From positions 100,378,001 to 100,442,000 of the forward strand of contig OZ024744.1 in the NCBI GenBank assembly GCA_964016885.1: DNA of 64,000 nt, in the 5' to 3' direction. Below are positions 27,079-41,361 of this stretch, piece by piece. Source of the stretch: Eledone cirrhosa (Eukaryota). The notes beneath the pieces were generated by a model, which was not told the origin of the DNA, did not search any database, and was given only the letters and a program-made list of their open reading frames with translations. Position 1 is the first letter of the stretch. Every line of letters begins with the position of its first letter. Position numbers and translations under genes: made by a program.

Positions 27079-27787
27079 GTGGGCATGCCTACAAAGTCAG
27101 AAAACAGCACAGCTCCCATGAGTTTCAGAAACATTTTTTCACACTCAGAGTTCCTGAAGCATGAAGGAAACTACCTGCATCAGTTGTTAGCTGTCGAGAC
27201 ACTGCATCCTTTAAAACCTCCATGCTTCCTATTTTTTCTTCATATTTTTTCTCTCATATATTCTGTGTCCCGATTTTAAATTCCCTCTCATAAGGCATCT
27301 CCCATATTCTGAATGCCTTGCTTCCCTGGGCATGGACACATTGAAGCTCCGATGTCTGGCAACTGACTTGGTAAACACCAACAAAACTATTAACCATCTT
27401 GCCAACAACAACCCTGAGCACTGAGCACCTTCTTGAATTCCATGTGTCTAACACACGTAGACATGCCTACAAAGTCAGAAAACAGCACAGCTCCCATGAC
27501 TTTCAGAAACATTTTTTCATGCTCAGAGTTGCTGAATCATGGAACAAACTACCTGCATCAGTTGTTAGCTGCCGAGACACTGTATCCTTTAAAACGTCCA
27601 TGCTTCCTGAGATTCACCAACACTACACCTGATATCCACCCCCTCCATACACACGCACACATGTCTATCATGACCTGTACACTGTTCACTTTCCTGACAT
27701 TTGTACATTATTCTATGTACTATACATGCACCTTTGATGAGTTGCAGTGCACCTGAGCACTGTACACAATAATTTCCTTATTATTAT
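27079..27787 (+). mobile_element. CR1/L2-like LINE 3' fragment with an internal ~150-bp duplication
   Basis: Peptide NTRRHAYKV...KHFFMLRVAESWNKLPASVV..SFK typical of CR1/L2 ORF2 C-terminus; 27082-27230 duplicates ~27462-27610; short (ATT)n end. Confidence 0.75.
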
Positions 27788-27985
27788 GTGGATTGGCAGT
27801 ATCGGTAGAGGGTCGGACGCCATGCTTTGACGCATAGAGTTACGGCCCTTGCCATTCTGAGTTCAAATCCCACCGAGGTCAACTTTGCCTTTCATCCTTA
27901 CGGGGTCGATAAAATAAAGCACCAGTAATGTACTGGGGTAATTACTGGCCTTGTGCCAAAAAGTAGAAACAATTATTATTATTAT
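27787..27985 (+). mobile_element. SINE family B copy
   Basis: Near-identical to 33567-33762. Confidence 0.85.
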
Positions 27986-28302
27986 CATTATCAAAAGTGT
28001 TAAATTCTGTTCAATAATCAATAATATCAACATATAAATCAATCATTGTAATTCTTTTCATCTCAATTATCCAGTGTTTTCAATTTTGTTGGTATGTGTA
28101 TGTATATGTGTCTGTGTGTATGTATATGTGTCTGTGTGTGTGAGCGAGTGAGAGTGTGCATGTGCATGAGTGTATGTGTGTGTGAGAGAGAGAGAGACTG
28201 CTTATGCATGCATGTATGTGTGTGTCAGTGTGCCTGAGTGAGAGTGTATATGTATGAATGTTTGTGTCTATGAAAGAGAGTGTAGCTGTGCATGCATTTG
28301 TT

Positions 28303-28347
<45 letters not shown>

Positions 28348-28377
28348 TGTGTGTGTGTGTGTGTGTTGTCACACACA

Positions 28378-28573
28378 CAAAGGTTGGCAGAAAAGTTCAA
28401 AGGCTGACTGTGAAGAAGTGATGTTAGAGCTGTGAAATCTTACATGCATTAATTTCAACTCTTATTAATAATGGAACATTGTTTTCTTCTAGAGACTATG
28501 TTGAAAAATAAACCTCATTTGGTCATTCCATGAGAGTATCTTGGTCACCTATGAACTTTTCAGCCAACCCTCG
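28378..28573. mobile_element. Mariner-like MITE
   Basis: CAAAGGTTGGCAGAAAAGTTCAAAGG ... CCTATGAACTTTTCAGCCAACCCTCG-TA imperfect TIRs. Confidence 0.7.
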
Positions 28574-28719
28574 TATATATATATATATATAAAATATAGA
28601 GGTTTACATATACATAAATTAGACAAAGCCATAAATATGTAAATATATGTTTTTGGCAACCATTCACGGTGTAGTTCAATGACGAATTAATTAATTAAAT
28701 AATCAACAATCAGAGCAAT

Positions 28720-29398
28720 ATATAAGAAAGTAAGTCCATAGAATCATTTGATAAAATATATACAGTATTTCTTCTCCCAATCAGCATAATCAACCACATA
28801 AAAAAATCAATTAAACGAGGCTATAAGTTTTAAATGTATCTATGAAGAAATAATAGATAAATAAATGATAGCCATTTTATCCGCGATCAACAGCCACAGA
28901 AGATTTACCCAGTATTTCTAATAGCCCATAGAAATTGACTAGACATATAGCTAACAATACACAATTAGGTACAAAATCAAAGATAGAAGAACAAATGTAC
29001 ATAAACATACCAAAATCATGTTTCTACCCCCGGAGGTTTCATTCGCTTTTTGGAAATATCCGATCATGGATAAATCAACAAGTTTCGAAATCATCAGGAA
29101 ACAAACTTAATTGGACAGATTTTTCTTAAATGATCCCCGCCAGAAATGAATTCAAAATGGCTCTAGTCAATTTCTACTTTCTACTTTCTACGGGCTATTA
29201 GAAATATTAGGTAAATCTTCTGTGGCTGTGGATCGCGGATAAAATAGCTAGCGTTTATTTATCTATTGTTTCTTCATAGGTACATTTTAAACTTATAGCC
29301 TCGTTTAAATGATTTTTTATGTGGTTGATTATGCTGATTGGGAGAAGAAATACTGTATATATTTTATCAAATGATTCCATGGACTTACTTTCTTATAT
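28720..29398. repeat. Foldback element, arms ~28720-28944 / ~29162-29398, TA-flanked
   Basis: AAGAAAGTAAGTCCAT...GAAATTGACTAGA versus TCTAGTCAATTTC...ATGGACTTACTTTCTT. Confidence 0.8.
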
Positions 29399-29410
29399 AT
29401 ATATATATAT

Positions 29411-29756
29411 GGAGGCACATGGCTTAGTCGTTAGAGCATTGGCCTTGCAATCGAAAGGTTGTGAGTTCAATTCTCAGACCGGGTGGTGTGTTGTTTCCTT
29501 GAGCAAGACACTTTATTTCACATTGCTCCAGTTTACTCAGCTGTAGAAATGAGATGCTAGGGACTGAGGTCCTTATCATTCCACTGCAAAGTGGTTGTGT
29601 AGGCACCACGGCAAAAAAGCACCCAGCACTCACTGTAAATGAGGTTGGTGTTAGGAAGGGCATCCAGCTGTAGAAATCAAGCCAGTATCAGTTCCCGTCC
29701 CACCCTTGCAAGCAGGGAAAAGCGGACGTAAAATGAAATGATGATGATGATGATGA

Positions 29757-29760
<4 letters not shown>
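29411..29760 (+). mobile_element. Full-length SINE family A copy
   Basis: GGAGGCACATGGCTTAGTCGTTAGAGC...GAGTTCAATTC...CORE-like...GCGGACGTAAAATG(ATG)n. Confidence 0.9.
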
Positions 29761-29802
<42 letters not shown>

Positions 29803-30031
29803 CCGAGACACGGTCACCCGACCAGCCTTGCCTCAAGTGGGACAACTCCCGTCTAACCCATGCTAGCGTGGAAAATGGACGTTAAACGAAGATGATGATG
29901 ATGATGATGATATATATATAAACATACATACATACTTATATATATATATATATTATAAAGAAAACGAAAAATCAGTGATGCATCTGGACTTAATTTATTG
30001 CGTGTTACAATTGTTTCTCCGGCAGATGGCT

Positions 30032-30122
30032 CGTGTCTGAATGAACCTGCAGAAGTAGAATCAGCCGGATCCATACAAGGACCACGTCTCGAGCTACCTG
30101 CCGGAGAAACACTTGTAACACG
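30032..30122 (+). ncRNA. Hammerhead-like fold in hairpin element 29950-30257
   Basis: CGTGT-CTGAATGA-[..GCAG..GTAG...CTAC.TGC..]-GAAA-CACTTG-TA-ACACG; core has one extra nucleotide. Confidence 0.6.
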
Positions 30123-30334
30123 CAATAAATTAAGTCCAGATGCATCATTGATTTTTCGTTTTCTTTATAATATCTACACTCTACTCTGATGAATATTGAG
30201 TGCTAATTTTGGCATACCGCCTATGGAAGCACCTTAGCTACCATTATACACAACTGTATATATATATATATGTCCCAAGGCTCTGATACCAACAACACTA
30301 TAAACACAGAGCTGGCATATCTAAGAACTGACTA

Positions 30335-30390
30335 ACTGCCTGATGAGGTCATAGCCATTCAATGGCTATCATCGAAATATATATAGCAGT
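30335..30390 (+). ncRNA. Type I hammerhead ribozyme
   Basis: ACTGC-CTGATGA-GGTCATAGCCATTCAATGGCTATCATC-GAAA-TATATA-TA-GCAGT: 5-bp stem I, long stem II closed by G-C, palindromic stem III. Confidence 0.88.
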
Positions 30391-30442
30391 AAATAAAAGA
30401 TTATGAGTTCATGCAATTGACTGATGTTTCGTCACTATATAT

Positions 30443-32920
30443 ATCATCATCATCATCATCATCATCATCGTTTAACGTCCGTGTTCCACGCTTGCATGGG
30501 TTTGGACGGGGGTTTTCCCACTTGAGGCAAGAGTGATTGTCTTGCTCGCATAGGACTGTCTGGCAGGTTTTCTACAGCTGGATGCCCTTCCTAACACCAA
30601 CCACATTTACAGTGTGGGTCTGGGAGGTTTTTACCGTGTTGCCTACACGGCCACATTACAGCGTGGACTGTCTGGCGGGTTTTCTACAGCTGGATGCCCT
30701 TCCTAACACCAACCACGTTTACAGTGTGGGTCTGGGAGGTTTTTACCGTGTTGCCTACACGGCCACATTACAGCGTGGACTGTCTGGCGGGTTTTCTACA
30801 GTTGGATGCCCTTCCTAACACCAACCACGTTTACAGTGTGGGTCTGGGAGGTTTTTACCGTGTTGCCTACACGGCCACATTACAGCGTGGACTGTCTGGC
30901 GGGTTTTCTACAGCTGGATGCCCTTCCTAACACCAACCACATTTACAGTGTGGGGCTGGGAGGTTTTTACCGTGTTGCCTACACGGCCACATTACAGCGT
31001 GGACTGTCTGGCGGGTTTTCTACAGCTGGATGCCCTTCCTAACACCAACCACGTTTACAGTGTGGGTCTGGGAGGTTTTGACCGTGTTGCCTACACGGCC
31101 ACATTACAGCGTGGACTGTCTGGCGGGTTTTCTACAGCTGGATGCCCTTCCTAACACCAACCACATTTACAGTGTGGGGCTGGGAGGTTTTTACCGTGTT
31201 GCCTACACGGCCACATTACAGCGTGGACTATCTGGCGGGTTTTCTACAGCTGGATGCCCTTCCTAACACCAACCACATTTACAGTGTGGGGCTGGGAGGT
31301 TTTTACCGTTTTACCTACACGGCCACATTACAGCGTGGACTGTCTGGCGGGTTTTCTACAGCTGGATGCCCTTCCTAACCCCAACCACATTTACAGTGTG
31401 GGGCTGGGAGGTTTTTACCGTGTTGCCCACACGGCCACATTACAGCGTGGACTGTCTGGCGGGTTTTCTACAGCTGGATGCCCTTCCTAACACCAACCAC
31501 ATTTACAGTGTGGGGCTGGGAGGTTTTTACCGTGTTGCCTACGTGGCCACATTACAGCGTGGACTGTCTGGCGGGTTTTCTACAGCTGAATGCCCTTCCT
31601 AACACCAACCACATTTACAGTGTGGGGCTGGGAGGTTTTTACCGTGTTGCCTACACGGCCACATTACAGCGTGGACTGTCTGGCGGGTTTTCTACAGCTG
31701 GATGCCCTTCCTAACCCCAACCACATTTACAGTGTGGGGCTGGGAGGTTTTTACCGTGTTGCCCACACGGCCACATTACAGCGTGGACTGTCTGGCGGGT
31801 TTTCTACAGCTGGATGCCCTTCCTAACACCAACCACATTTACAGTGTGGGGCTGGGAGGTTTTTACCGTGTTGCCTACGTGGCCACATTACAGCGTGGAC
31901 TGTCTGGCGGGTTTTCTACAGCTGAATGCCCTTCCTAACACCAACCACATTTACAGTGTGGGGCTGGGAGGTTTTTACCGTGTTGCCTACACGACCACAT
32001 TACAGCGTGGACTGTCTGGCGGGTTTTCTACAGCTGGATGCCCTTCCTAACACCAATCACATTTACAGTGTGGGGCTGGGAGGTTTTTACCGTGTTGCCT
32101 ACACGGCCACATTACAGCGTGGACTGTCTGGCGGGTTTTCTACAGCTGGATGCCCTTCCTAACACCAACCACATTTACAGTGTGGGGCTGGGAGGCTTTT
32201 ACCGTGTTGCCTACACGGCCACATTACAGCGTGGACTGTCTGGCGGGTTTTCTACAGCTGGATGCGCTTCCTAACACCAACCACATTTACAGTGTGGGGC
32301 TGGGAGGTTTTTACCGTGTTGCCTACACGGCCACATTACAGCGTGGACTGTCTGGCGGGTTTTCTACAGCTGGATGCCCTTCCTAACACCAACCACATTT
32401 ACAGTGTGGGGCTGGGAGGTTTTTACCGTGTTGCCTACACGGCCACATTACAGCGTGGACTGTCTGGCGGGTTTTCTACAGCTGGATGCCCTTCCTAACA
32501 CCAACCACATTTACAGTGTGGGGCTGGGAGGTTTTTACCGTGTTGCCTACACGGCCACATTACAGCGTGGACTGTCTGGCGGGTTTTCTACAGCTGGATG
32601 CCCTTCCTAACACCAACCACATTTACAGTGTGGGGCTGGGAGGTTTTTACCGTGTTGCCTACACGGCCACATTACAGCGTGGACTGTCTGGCGGGTTTTC
32701 TACAGCTGGATGCCCTTCCTAACACCAACCACATTTACAGTGTGGGGCTGGGAGGTTTTTACCGTGTTGCCTACACGGCCACATTACAGCGTGGACTGTG
32801 TGTGTTTTTTTGTCGTGACACCTACACAAACTCATTTGTTTCGGCCTGGATAGTGTGGCACCAACATAACTTTACATAGAACGGGGTGGTGTGGATGGGG
32901 TGGTGGTGGTGGTGGTAGGA
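30443..32920 (-). mobile_element. RTE 3'-UTR (same family as 52491-52869) containing a 20 x 112-bp tandem array (30553-32792)
   Basis: Flanks are the reverse complement of the 52560-52869 UTR; GGACTGT recurs every 112 bp from 30553 to 32793. Confidence 0.9.
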
Positions 32921-32931
32921 CATATATACAC

Positions 32932-32962
<31 letters not shown>

Positions 32963-33566
32963 TACATATCAGCCAGCCTTATATATTTGATGTGTACAAT
33001 ATGTTTGTAGTTACAGTGGAGAATTCAATCATAAGGACATTGAATAGAATACTTCATGTGCCACCTCCCTTACGCTCTGAGTTCAAATCCCACCAAGGTC
33101 AATTTTGACTTCCATCACTTCAAGGTCAATAAATAAAGTATCTGTCTCTCTCTTTATCCCCCCCCCCCCCACACTCCTACCCCTTCTCTCCCTCACTTTG
33201 GAAGATGCCGCCTGTATCCAGACCTGGAGTAGGATGGATTCTACTAAGTTTGTATTAATCAAGATACTCTCGGGTCTCAAATAATAGGGATAAGGGTGGG
33301 GTTGGAATAAGTGGGGTGGAATGGGTTGGAATGTTGATTTTTTTTTCTTTTTTTTTTGAAACCAGAATTAGTCGTTTAGTTTACATATTGAGACCCCAAC
33401 CCATCCTATTTATTTTATAACGGATGGTATTTCTAGTTATGTACTCTTTTTGTCATGTATTTTTTTTGTCATTTTTTAATGTCTAAAGAAAATTAATTGT
33501 TGTGGGAATGCTACTACTTAAAATAAAATAAAATTTCGCTGGAGATAGATTAGCATTATTTAATAA

Positions 33567-33762
33567 GGCGGTGGATTGGCAGTATCGGTAGAGGGTCGGA
33601 CGCCATGCTTTGACGCATAGAGTTACGGCCCTTGCCATTCTGAGTTCAAATCCCGCCGAGGTTAACTTTGGCTTTCATCCTTACGGGGGTCGATAAAATA
33701 AAGTACCAGTAATGTACTGGGTAATTTCTGGCCTTGTGCCAATAGTAGAAACAATTATTTAA
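33567..33762 (+). mobile_element. Full-length SINE family B copy
   Basis: GGCGGTGGATTGGCAGTATCGGTAGAG head, GAGTTCAAATCCCG B-box, central domain, AGAAACAATTATT end. Confidence 0.85.
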
Positions 33763-34007
33763 TAAGTGGGTGTGGGGGTGGAATAAGAGCCGGGTGGGTT
33801 GGAAAAAATCTGAAAAATTAATAAGCTGGGGGATCGTTATTCAAGACCTGAGAGTACACAACATGTAATGATGGCGCCCCTAGGACACAATCAGGAGTTA
33901 AGGGCCCATGGCATGGTATGTTTGTAGTTGTGTGAGCTGTAAACACTGTGGAGAAGTCTGTATTGAGAGTTTCATTTGTCACATTTGTCACATTGTTGTT
34001 GTTGTTG

Positions 34008-37000
34008 ACACCACCAACACTACCACCACCATTATCTCCACCACCATCATCTCCATCACCACTACTACTAATAACATTACCACTAACACCAACACTACCA
34101 CCACCATCATCTCTATCACCACTACTACTAATAACATTACCACTAACACCAACACTACCACCACTACTACTAATAACATTACCACTAACACCAACACTAC
34201 CACCACCATTATCTCCACCACCACTACTACTAATAACATTACCACTAACACCAACACTACCACCACAATCATCTCCATCACCACTACTACTAACATTACC
34301 ACTAACACCAACACTACCACCACCATCATCTCTACCACCACTACTACTAATAACATTACCACTAACACCAACACTACCACCACCATCATCTCTATCACCA
34401 CTACTACTAATAACATTACCACTAACACCAACACTACCACCACCATCATCTCTACCACCACTACTACTAATAACATTACCACTAACACCAACACTACCAC
34501 CACCATCATCTCTATCACCACTACTACTAATAACATTACCACTAACACCAACACTACCACCACCAACACTACCACCACCATCATCTCCACCACCACTACT
34601 ACTAATAACATTACCACTAACACCAACACTACCACCACCAACACTACCACCACCATCATCTCTATCACCACTACTACTAATAACATTACCACTAACACCA
34701 ACACTACCACCACCATCATCTCTACCACCACTACTACTAATAACATTACCACTAACACCAACACTACCACCACCACCATCTCTATCACCACTACTACTAA
34801 TAACATTACCACTAACACCAACACTACCACCACCACCATCTCTATCACCACTACTACTAATAACATTACCACTAACACCAACACTACCATCACCACCATC
34901 TCCACCACCACTACTACTAATAACATTACCACTAACACCAACACTACCACCACCATCATCTCTATCACCACTACTACTAATAACATTACCACTAACACCA
35001 ACACTACCACCACCATCATCCCTATCACCACTACTACTAATAACATTACCACTAACACCAACACTACCACCACCATCATCGCTATCACCACTACTACTAA
35101 TAACATTACCACTAACACCAACACTACCACCACCATCATCTCTATCACCACTACTACTAATAACATTACCACTAACACCAACACTACCACCATCTCTATC
35201 ACCACTACTACTAATAACATTACCACTAACACCAACACTACCACCACCATCATCTCTATCACCACTACTACTAATAACATTACCACTAACACCAACACTA
35301 CCACCACCATCATCTCTATCACCACTACTACTACTAACATTACCACTAACACCAACACTACCACCACCACCATCTCTATCACCACTACTACTAATAACAT
35401 TACCACTAACACCAACACTACCACCACCATCATCTCTATCACCACTACTACTAATAACATTACCACTAACACCAACACTACCACCACTACTACTAATAAC
35501 ATTACCACTAACACCAACACTACCACCACCACCATCTCCACCACCACTACTACTAATAACATTACCACTAACACCAACACTACCACCAACATCATCTCTA
35601 TCACCACTACTACTAATAACATTACCACTAACACCAACACTACCACCACCACCATCTCTATCACCACTACTACTACTAACATTACCACTAACACCAACAC
35701 TACCACCACCACCATCTCTATCACCACTACTACTACTAACATTACCACTAACACCAACACTACCACCACCACCATCTCTATCACCACTACTACTAATAAC
35801 ATTACCACTAACACCAACACTACCATCACCACCATCTCCACCACCACTACTACTAATAACATTACCACTAACACCAACACTACCACCACCACCATCTCTA
35901 TCACCACTACTACTAATAACATTACCACTAACACCAACACTACCACCACCATCATCTCTACCACCACTACTACTAATAACATTACCACTAACACCAACAC
36001 TACCACCACCACCATCTCTATCACCACTACTACTAATAACATTACCACTAACACCAACACTACCATCACCACCATCTCCACCACCACTACTACTAATAAC
36101 ATTACCACTAACACCAACACTACCATCACCACCATCTCCACCACCACTACTACTAATAACATTACCACTAACACCAACACTACCACCACCATCATCTCTA
36201 CCACCACTACTACTAATAACATTACCACTAATACCAACACTACCACCACCACCATCTCTATCACCACTACTACTAATAACATTACCACTAACACCAACAC
36301 TACCATCACCACCATCTCCACCACCACTACTACTAATAACATTACCACTAACACCAACACTACCACCACCATCATCTCTATCACCACTACTACTAATAAC
36401 ATTACCACTAACACCAACACTACCACCACCACCATCTCTATCACCACTACTACTAATAACATTACCACTAACACCAACACTACCACCACCACCATCTCTA
36501 TCACCACTACTACTAATAACATTACCACTAACACCAACACTACCATCACCACCATCTCCACCACCACTACTACTAATAACATTACCACTAACACCAACAC
36601 TACCACCACCATCATCTCTATCACCACTACTACTAATAACATTACCACTAACACCAACACTACCACCACCATCATCGCTATCACCACTACTACTAATAAC
36701 ATTACCACTAACACCAACACTACCACCACCATCATCTCTATCACCACTACTACTAATAACATTACCACTAACACCAACACTACCACCACCACCATCTCTA
36801 CCACCACTACTACTAATAACATTACCACTAACACCAACACTACCACCACCACCATCTCTATCACCACTACTACTAATAACATTACCACTAACACCAACAC
36901 TACCACCACTACTACTAATAACATTACCACTAACACCAACACTACCACCACCACCATCTCTATCACCACTACTACTAATAACATTACCACTAACACCAAC

Positions 37001-40000
37001 ACTACCACCACTACTACTAATAACATTACCACTAACACCAACACTACCACCACTACTACTAATAACATTACCACTAACACCAACACTACCACCACTACTA
37101 CTAATAACATTACCACTAACACCAACACTACCACCACCACCATCTCTATCACCACTACTACTAATAACATTACCACTAACACCAACACTACCACCACTAC
37201 TACTAATAACATTACCACTAACACCAACACTACCACCACCACCATCTCTATCTCCACTACTACTAATAACATTACCACTAACACCAACACTACCACCACC
37301 ACCATCTCTATCACCACTACTACTAATAACATTACCACTAACACCAACACTACCACCACCATCATCTCTATCACCACTACTACTAATAACATTACCACTA
37401 ACACCAACACTACCACCACCACCATCTCTATCACCACTACTACTAATAACATTACCACTAACACCAACACTACCACCACCACCATCTCTATCACCACTAC
37501 TACTAATAACATTACCACTAACACCAACACTACCACCACCATCATCTCTATCACCACTACTACTACTAACATTACCACTAACACCAACACTACCACCACC
37601 ATCATCTCTATCACCACTACTACTACTAACATTACCACTAACACCAACACTACCACCACCATCATCTCTACCACCACTACTACTAATAACATTACCACTA
37701 ACACCAACACTACCACCACCACCATCTCTATCACCACTACTACTAATAACATTACCACTAACACCAACACTACCACCACCACCATCTCTATCACCACTAT
37801 TACTAATAACATTACCACTAACACCAACACTACCACCACCATCATCTCCATTACCACTACTACTAATAACATTACCACTAACACCAACACTACCACCACC
37901 ACCATCTCTATCACCACTACTACTAATAACATTACCACTAACACCAACACTACCACCACCACCATCTCCACCACCACTACTACTAATAACATTACCACTA
38001 ACACCAACACTACCATCACCACCATCTCCACCACCACTACTACTAATAACATTACCACTAACACCAACACTACCACCACCATCATCTCTACCACCACTAC
38101 TACTAATAACATTACCACTAACACCAACACTACCACCACCATCATCTCTATCACCACTACTACTAATAACATTACCACTAACACCAACACTACCACCACC
38201 ATCATCTCTATCACCACTACTACTACTAACATTACCACTAACACCAACACTACCACCACCACCATCTCTATCACCACTACTACTAATAACATTACCACTA
38301 ACACCAACACTACCACCACCACCATCTCTATCACCACTACTACTAATAACATTACCATTAACACCAACACTACCACCACCACCATCTCTATCACCACTAC
38401 TACTAATAACATTACCACTAACACCAACACTACCACCACCACCATCTCTATCACCACTACTACTAATAACATTACCACTAACACCAACACTACCACCACC
38501 ATCATCTCCATCACCATCATCTCTATCACCACTACTACTAATAACATTACCACTAACACCAACACTACCACCACCACCATCTCTATTACCACTACTACTA
38601 ATAACATTACCACTAACACCAACACTACCACCACCATCATCTCTACCACCACTACTACTAATAACATTACCACTAACACCAACACTACCACCACCATCAT
38701 CTCTATCACCACTACTACTAATAACATTACCACTAACACCAACACTACCACCACCATCATCTCTACCACCACTACTACTAATAACATTACCACTAACACC
38801 AACACTACCACCACTACTACTAATAACATTACCACTAACACCAACACTACCACCACTACTACTAATAACATTACCACTAACACCAACACTACCACCACTA
38901 CTACTAATAACATTACCACTAACACCAACACTACCACCACCATCTCCATCACCACTACTACTACTAACATTACCACTAACACCAACACTACCACCACCAC
39001 CATCTCTATCACCACTACTACTAATAACATTACCACTAACACCAACACTACCACCACCACCATCTCTATCACCACTATTACTAATAACATTACCACTAAC
39101 ACCAACACTACCACCACCACCATCTCTATCACCACTACTACTACTAACATTACCACTAACACCAACACTACCACCACCACCATCTCTATCACCACTACTA
39201 CTAATAACATTACCACTAACACCAACACTACCACCACCATCATCTCTATCACCACTACTACTAATAACATTACCACTAACACCAACACTACCACCACCAT
39301 CTCTATCACCACTACTACTACTAACATTACCACTAACACCAACACTACCACCACCACCATCTCTATCACCACTACTACTACTAACATTACCACTAACACC
39401 AACACTACCACCACCACCATCTCTATCACCACTACTACTAATAACATTACCACTAACACCAACACTATCACCACTACTACTAATAACATTACCACTAACA
39501 CCAACACTACCACCACCACCATCTCTATCACCACTACTACTAATAACATTACCACTAACACCAACACTACCACCACCATCATCTCTATCACCACTACTAC
39601 TAATAACATTACCACTAACACCAACACTACCACCACCACCATCTCTATTACCACTACTACTAATAACATTACCACTAACACCAACACTACCACCACCATC
39701 ATCTCTACCACCACTACTACTAATAACATTACCACTAACACCAACACTACCACCACCATCATCTCTATCACCACTACTACTAATAACATTACCACTAACA
39801 CCAACACTACCACCACCATCATCTCTACCACCACTACTACTAATAACATTACCACTAACACCAACACTACCACCACTACTACTAATAACATTACCACTAA
39901 CACCAACACTACCACCACTACTACTAATAACATTACCACTAACACCAACACTACCACCACTACTACTAATAACATTACCACTAACACCAACACTACCACC

Positions 40001-41361
40001 ACCATCTCCATCACCACTACTACTACTAACATTACCACTAACACCAACACTACCACCACCACCATCTCTATCACCACTACTACTAATAACATTACCACTA
40101 ACACCAACACTACCACCACCACCATCTCTATCACCACTATTACTAATAACATTACCACTAACACCAACACTACCACCACCACCATCTCTATCACCACTAC
40201 TACTACTAACATTACCACTAACACCAACACTACCACCACCACCATCTCTATCACCACTACTACTAATAACATTACCACTAACACCAACACTACCACCACC
40301 ATCATCTCTATCACCACTACTACTAATAACATTACCACTAACACCAACACTACCACCACCATCTCTATCACCACTACTACTACTAACATTACCACTAACA
40401 CCAACACTACCACCACCACCATCTCTATCACCACTACTACTACTAACATTACCACTAACACCAACACTACCACCACCACCATCTCTATCACCACTACTAC
40501 TAATAACATTACCACTAACACCAACACTATCACCACTACTACTAATAACATTACCACTAACACCAACACTACCACCACCACCATCTCTATCACCACTACT
40601 ACTAATAACATTACCACTAACACCAACACTACCACCACCACCTTCTCTATCACCACTACTACTACTAACATCACCACTAACACCAACACTACCACCACCA
40701 CCATCTCTATCACCACTACTACTAATAACATTACCACTAACACCAACACTACCACCACTACTACTAATAACATTACCACTAACACCAACACTACCATCAC
40801 CACCATCTCTATCACCACTACTACTAATAACATTACCACTAACACCAACACTACCACCACTACTACTAATAACATTACCACTAACACCAACACTACCACC
40901 ACCACCATCTCCATCACCACTACTACTAATAACATTACCACTAACACCAACACTACCACCACTACCATCTCTATCACCACTACTACTACTAACATTACCA
41001 CTAACACCAACACTACCACCACCACCATCTCTATCACCACTACTACTAATAACATTACCACTAACACCAACACTACCACCACCACCATCTCTATCACCAC
41101 TACTACTACTAACATTACCACTAACACCAACACTACCACCACCACCATCTCTATCACCACTACTACTAATAACATTACCACTAACACCAACACTACCACC
41201 ACCACCATCTCTAACACCACTACTACTAATAACATTACCACTAACACCAACACTACCACCACCACCATCTCTATCACCACTACTACTACTAACATTACCA
41301 CTAACACCAACACTACCACCACCACAATCTCTATCACCACTACTACTAATAACATTACCAC
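34008..41361. repeat. 60-bp triplet-built minisatellite (ACC/ACT/AAC), left part, intronic
   Basis: Unit ACCACCACCATCTCTATCACCACTACTACTAATAACATTACCACTAACACCAACACTACC with 42- and 57-bp deletion variants. Confidence 0.97.

Noticed and set aside
29040-29105. Minus-strand CTGATGA-TTTC-GAAA inside the 28720-29398 foldback
   Set aside because: No UH cleavage triplet adjacent to a convincing stem I/III, so not called a hammerhead
29411-29485. tRNA-like sequence with A and B boxes
   Set aside because: Head of a multi-copy SINE, not a stand-alone tRNA gene
30537-32879. Series of 78-aa ORFs
   Set aside because: Translation of the 112-bp LINE-UTR array
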